A stretch of DNA of 27,453 nucleotides from Candidatus Micrarchaeia archaeon (GTDB lineage Archaea; Micrarchaeota; Micrarchaeia; Micrarchaeales; CABMGC01): assembly GCA_049976845.1 (NCBI GenBank), contig JBMFHL010000009.1, positions 1-27,453 of the forward strand. The letters are read 5' to 3'. The notes under the pieces are model-generated. The model did no database searches. It was given only the letters and a program-made list of their open reading frames with translations, and was not told the origin of the DNA. Of this stretch, positions 26,610 through 27,453 are shown piece after piece. Both the position numbers and the translations under genes were made by a program. Numbering within the stretch: position 1 is the stretch's first letter; the number at the start of each line of letters is the position of its first letter.

Positions 26610-26890
26610 TGCAGCAGAAAGGCAGGGAAGCTAGGGGTTTCCCGCACCGCAAATCCCCTATAGGCGGGCCGCATGCTAGCAGAGTATTATGCAGGTATAT
26701 GTAGACTATGTGGAAGCGATGAGGCTCTGCCTCTAGCGGTGGTCTTATACATGAACCGGGCCAGGCCGGAAGGAGCAACCCTAAGTATATAGCTAAAAGC
26801 GTACAAAGGGCCATGCTCTGGAGATACAGGACCGAGTGGAAACATAGAAACTCCATATACTTGTATAATGCAATGCTGGCTTCTGCTGCA
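26610..26890 (+). ncRNA. ffs: Archaeal SRP (7S) RNA
   Basis: Helix-8 signature GAACC-GGGCCAGGCCGGAAGGAGCAACCC (26753-26781); terminal helix TGCAGCAGAA/TTCTGCTGCA; Alu loops with complementary TAGGGG (26632-26637) and CCCCTA (26655-26660); long helix 5 (GTATTATGCAGGTATATG/CATATACTTGTATAATGC). Confidence 0.92.
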
Positions 26891-26893
26891 CAT

Positions 26894-27008
26894 GCTGGGG
26901 TCGCCTAGTGGTAGGCCTTTGCTCCTTGCAAAGCTCACTAAAGGGCGGCAGCCTGCTAAGCTGTTTGGCTAGAAATGGCCTACGTGGGTTCGATTCCCAC
27001 CCCCAGCG
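26894..27008 (+). tRNA. tRNA-Ser(GCT) with a 29-nt D-loop intron (26913-26941, position 20/21)
   Basis: GCTGGGG/CCCCAGC plus G73, anticodon arm GCAGC-CTGCTAA-GCTGT, long variable arm, T arm GTGGG-TTCGATT-CCCAC; the D-loop insert forms a strict BHB. CCA not encoded. Confidence 0.94.
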
Positions 27009-27023
27009 CTTCTCTACCGCAAT

Positions 27024-27452
27024 TTATTTTTTAACCTGGAAGCTGCCCGATGGCAGCTGCTGCATTATGTAATCTATATCATTGAATCCCAATTCCTTCG
27101 CGAGCTGCTTCGACGCATCGGATTTCTTCTGCTTGCCTGGCTTTACCTCGATTGAATTTTTGGGTTTGAGCACCTCATAAGTCTTCTTTGGGATTAGCTT
27201 GAAAAGCTTGCCGTATTCTGAGTCTTCTACGAATGCATATAGAACCAAAGGCATTCCCTTGAACCACTCTCTTTCCCCACTCATCAGGAAACTGCCTGTG
27301 GCAAGATAGCCTTTGTTGCTTGACTTGCTTATTTGACTGCGGTGCAAGCAGTAGACATCTGCTGAGGACATGCCAGAATCCCATGCACGAGAGAAGCATG
27401 CTGCAAATTGTGCGACTTCCTCCTTAGTTTCTTTATCTGCGCCTACGCCGTT
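27024..27452 (-). CDS. NFACT RNA-binding (DUF814) domain protein, RqcH/Rqc2-like (5' end outside the window)
   Basis: The frame stays open to the window edge: ...EEVAQFAACFSRAWDSGMSSADVY....QISKS...GYLATGSFLMSGEREWF, a typical NFACT-R motif. Confidence 0.85.
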   Translation of the reverse strand, partial: NGVGADKETKEEVAQFAACFSRAWDSGMSSADVYCLHRSQISKSSNKGYLATGSFLMSGEREWFKGMPLVLYAFVEDSEYGKLFKLIPKKTYEVLKPKNSIEVKPGKQKKSDASKQLAKELGFNDIDYIMQQLPSGSFQVKK

Positions 27453-27453
27453 T

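Noticed and set aside
26590..26895. BHB-mediated circularisation or permutation of the SRP RNA, as in Thermoproteus
   Set aside because: Domain order is normal (Alu, helix 5, helix 8) and I could not fold a BHB at the termini.
26593..26938. Minus-strand ORFs 26593-26856 and 26687-26938
   Set aside because: They lie antisense to the SRP RNA and tRNA-Ser, which explain the sequence.
1..27453. CRISPR arrays, IS elements, integrases, inteins, tRNA-anchored islands
   Set aside because: By eye, no spaced direct repeats, transposase or integrase motifs, or duplicated tRNA 3' ends; RFC and TopA are of normal length.

Overview
A gene-dense archaeal housekeeping window. Gene content, compact overlapping genes, GTGA-type ribosome-binding sites and D-loop tRNA introns fit a DPANN archaeon, most likely Micrarchaeota/ARMAN-like (inferred, no database search run). 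It encodes GatD (partial), an MtaB-type methylthiotransferase, IleRS, a CDP-alcohol phosphatidyltransferase, RFC small subunit, a HAD nucleotidase, TrmI, topoisomerase IA, two small DMT membrane proteins, an ABC-2 exporter, TyrRS, a PAC2 chaperone, a DUF1610 zinc finger plus EF-1beta, Mut7-C, aCPSF1/FttA, proteasome beta, a TRAM protein, two Wzx-like flippases plus a GT2, CTP synthase and an NFACT/RqcH C-terminus. RNA genes missed by the ORF track are tRNA-Leu(TAA) and tRNA-Ser(GCT), both with BHB-type introns at position 20/21, tRNA-Arg(GCG), and an SRP RNA that appears to lack helix 6. I found no mobile element, CRISPR array or defence island, and no clearly new multi-gene system. The best leads are the helix-6-less SRP RNA, the non-canonical tRNA introns, a small basic two-repeat protein with strong expression signals, altered class I signature motifs in TyrRS and IleRS, a probable ATA start codon, and an insertion inside the CDP-alcohol phosphotransferase motif.
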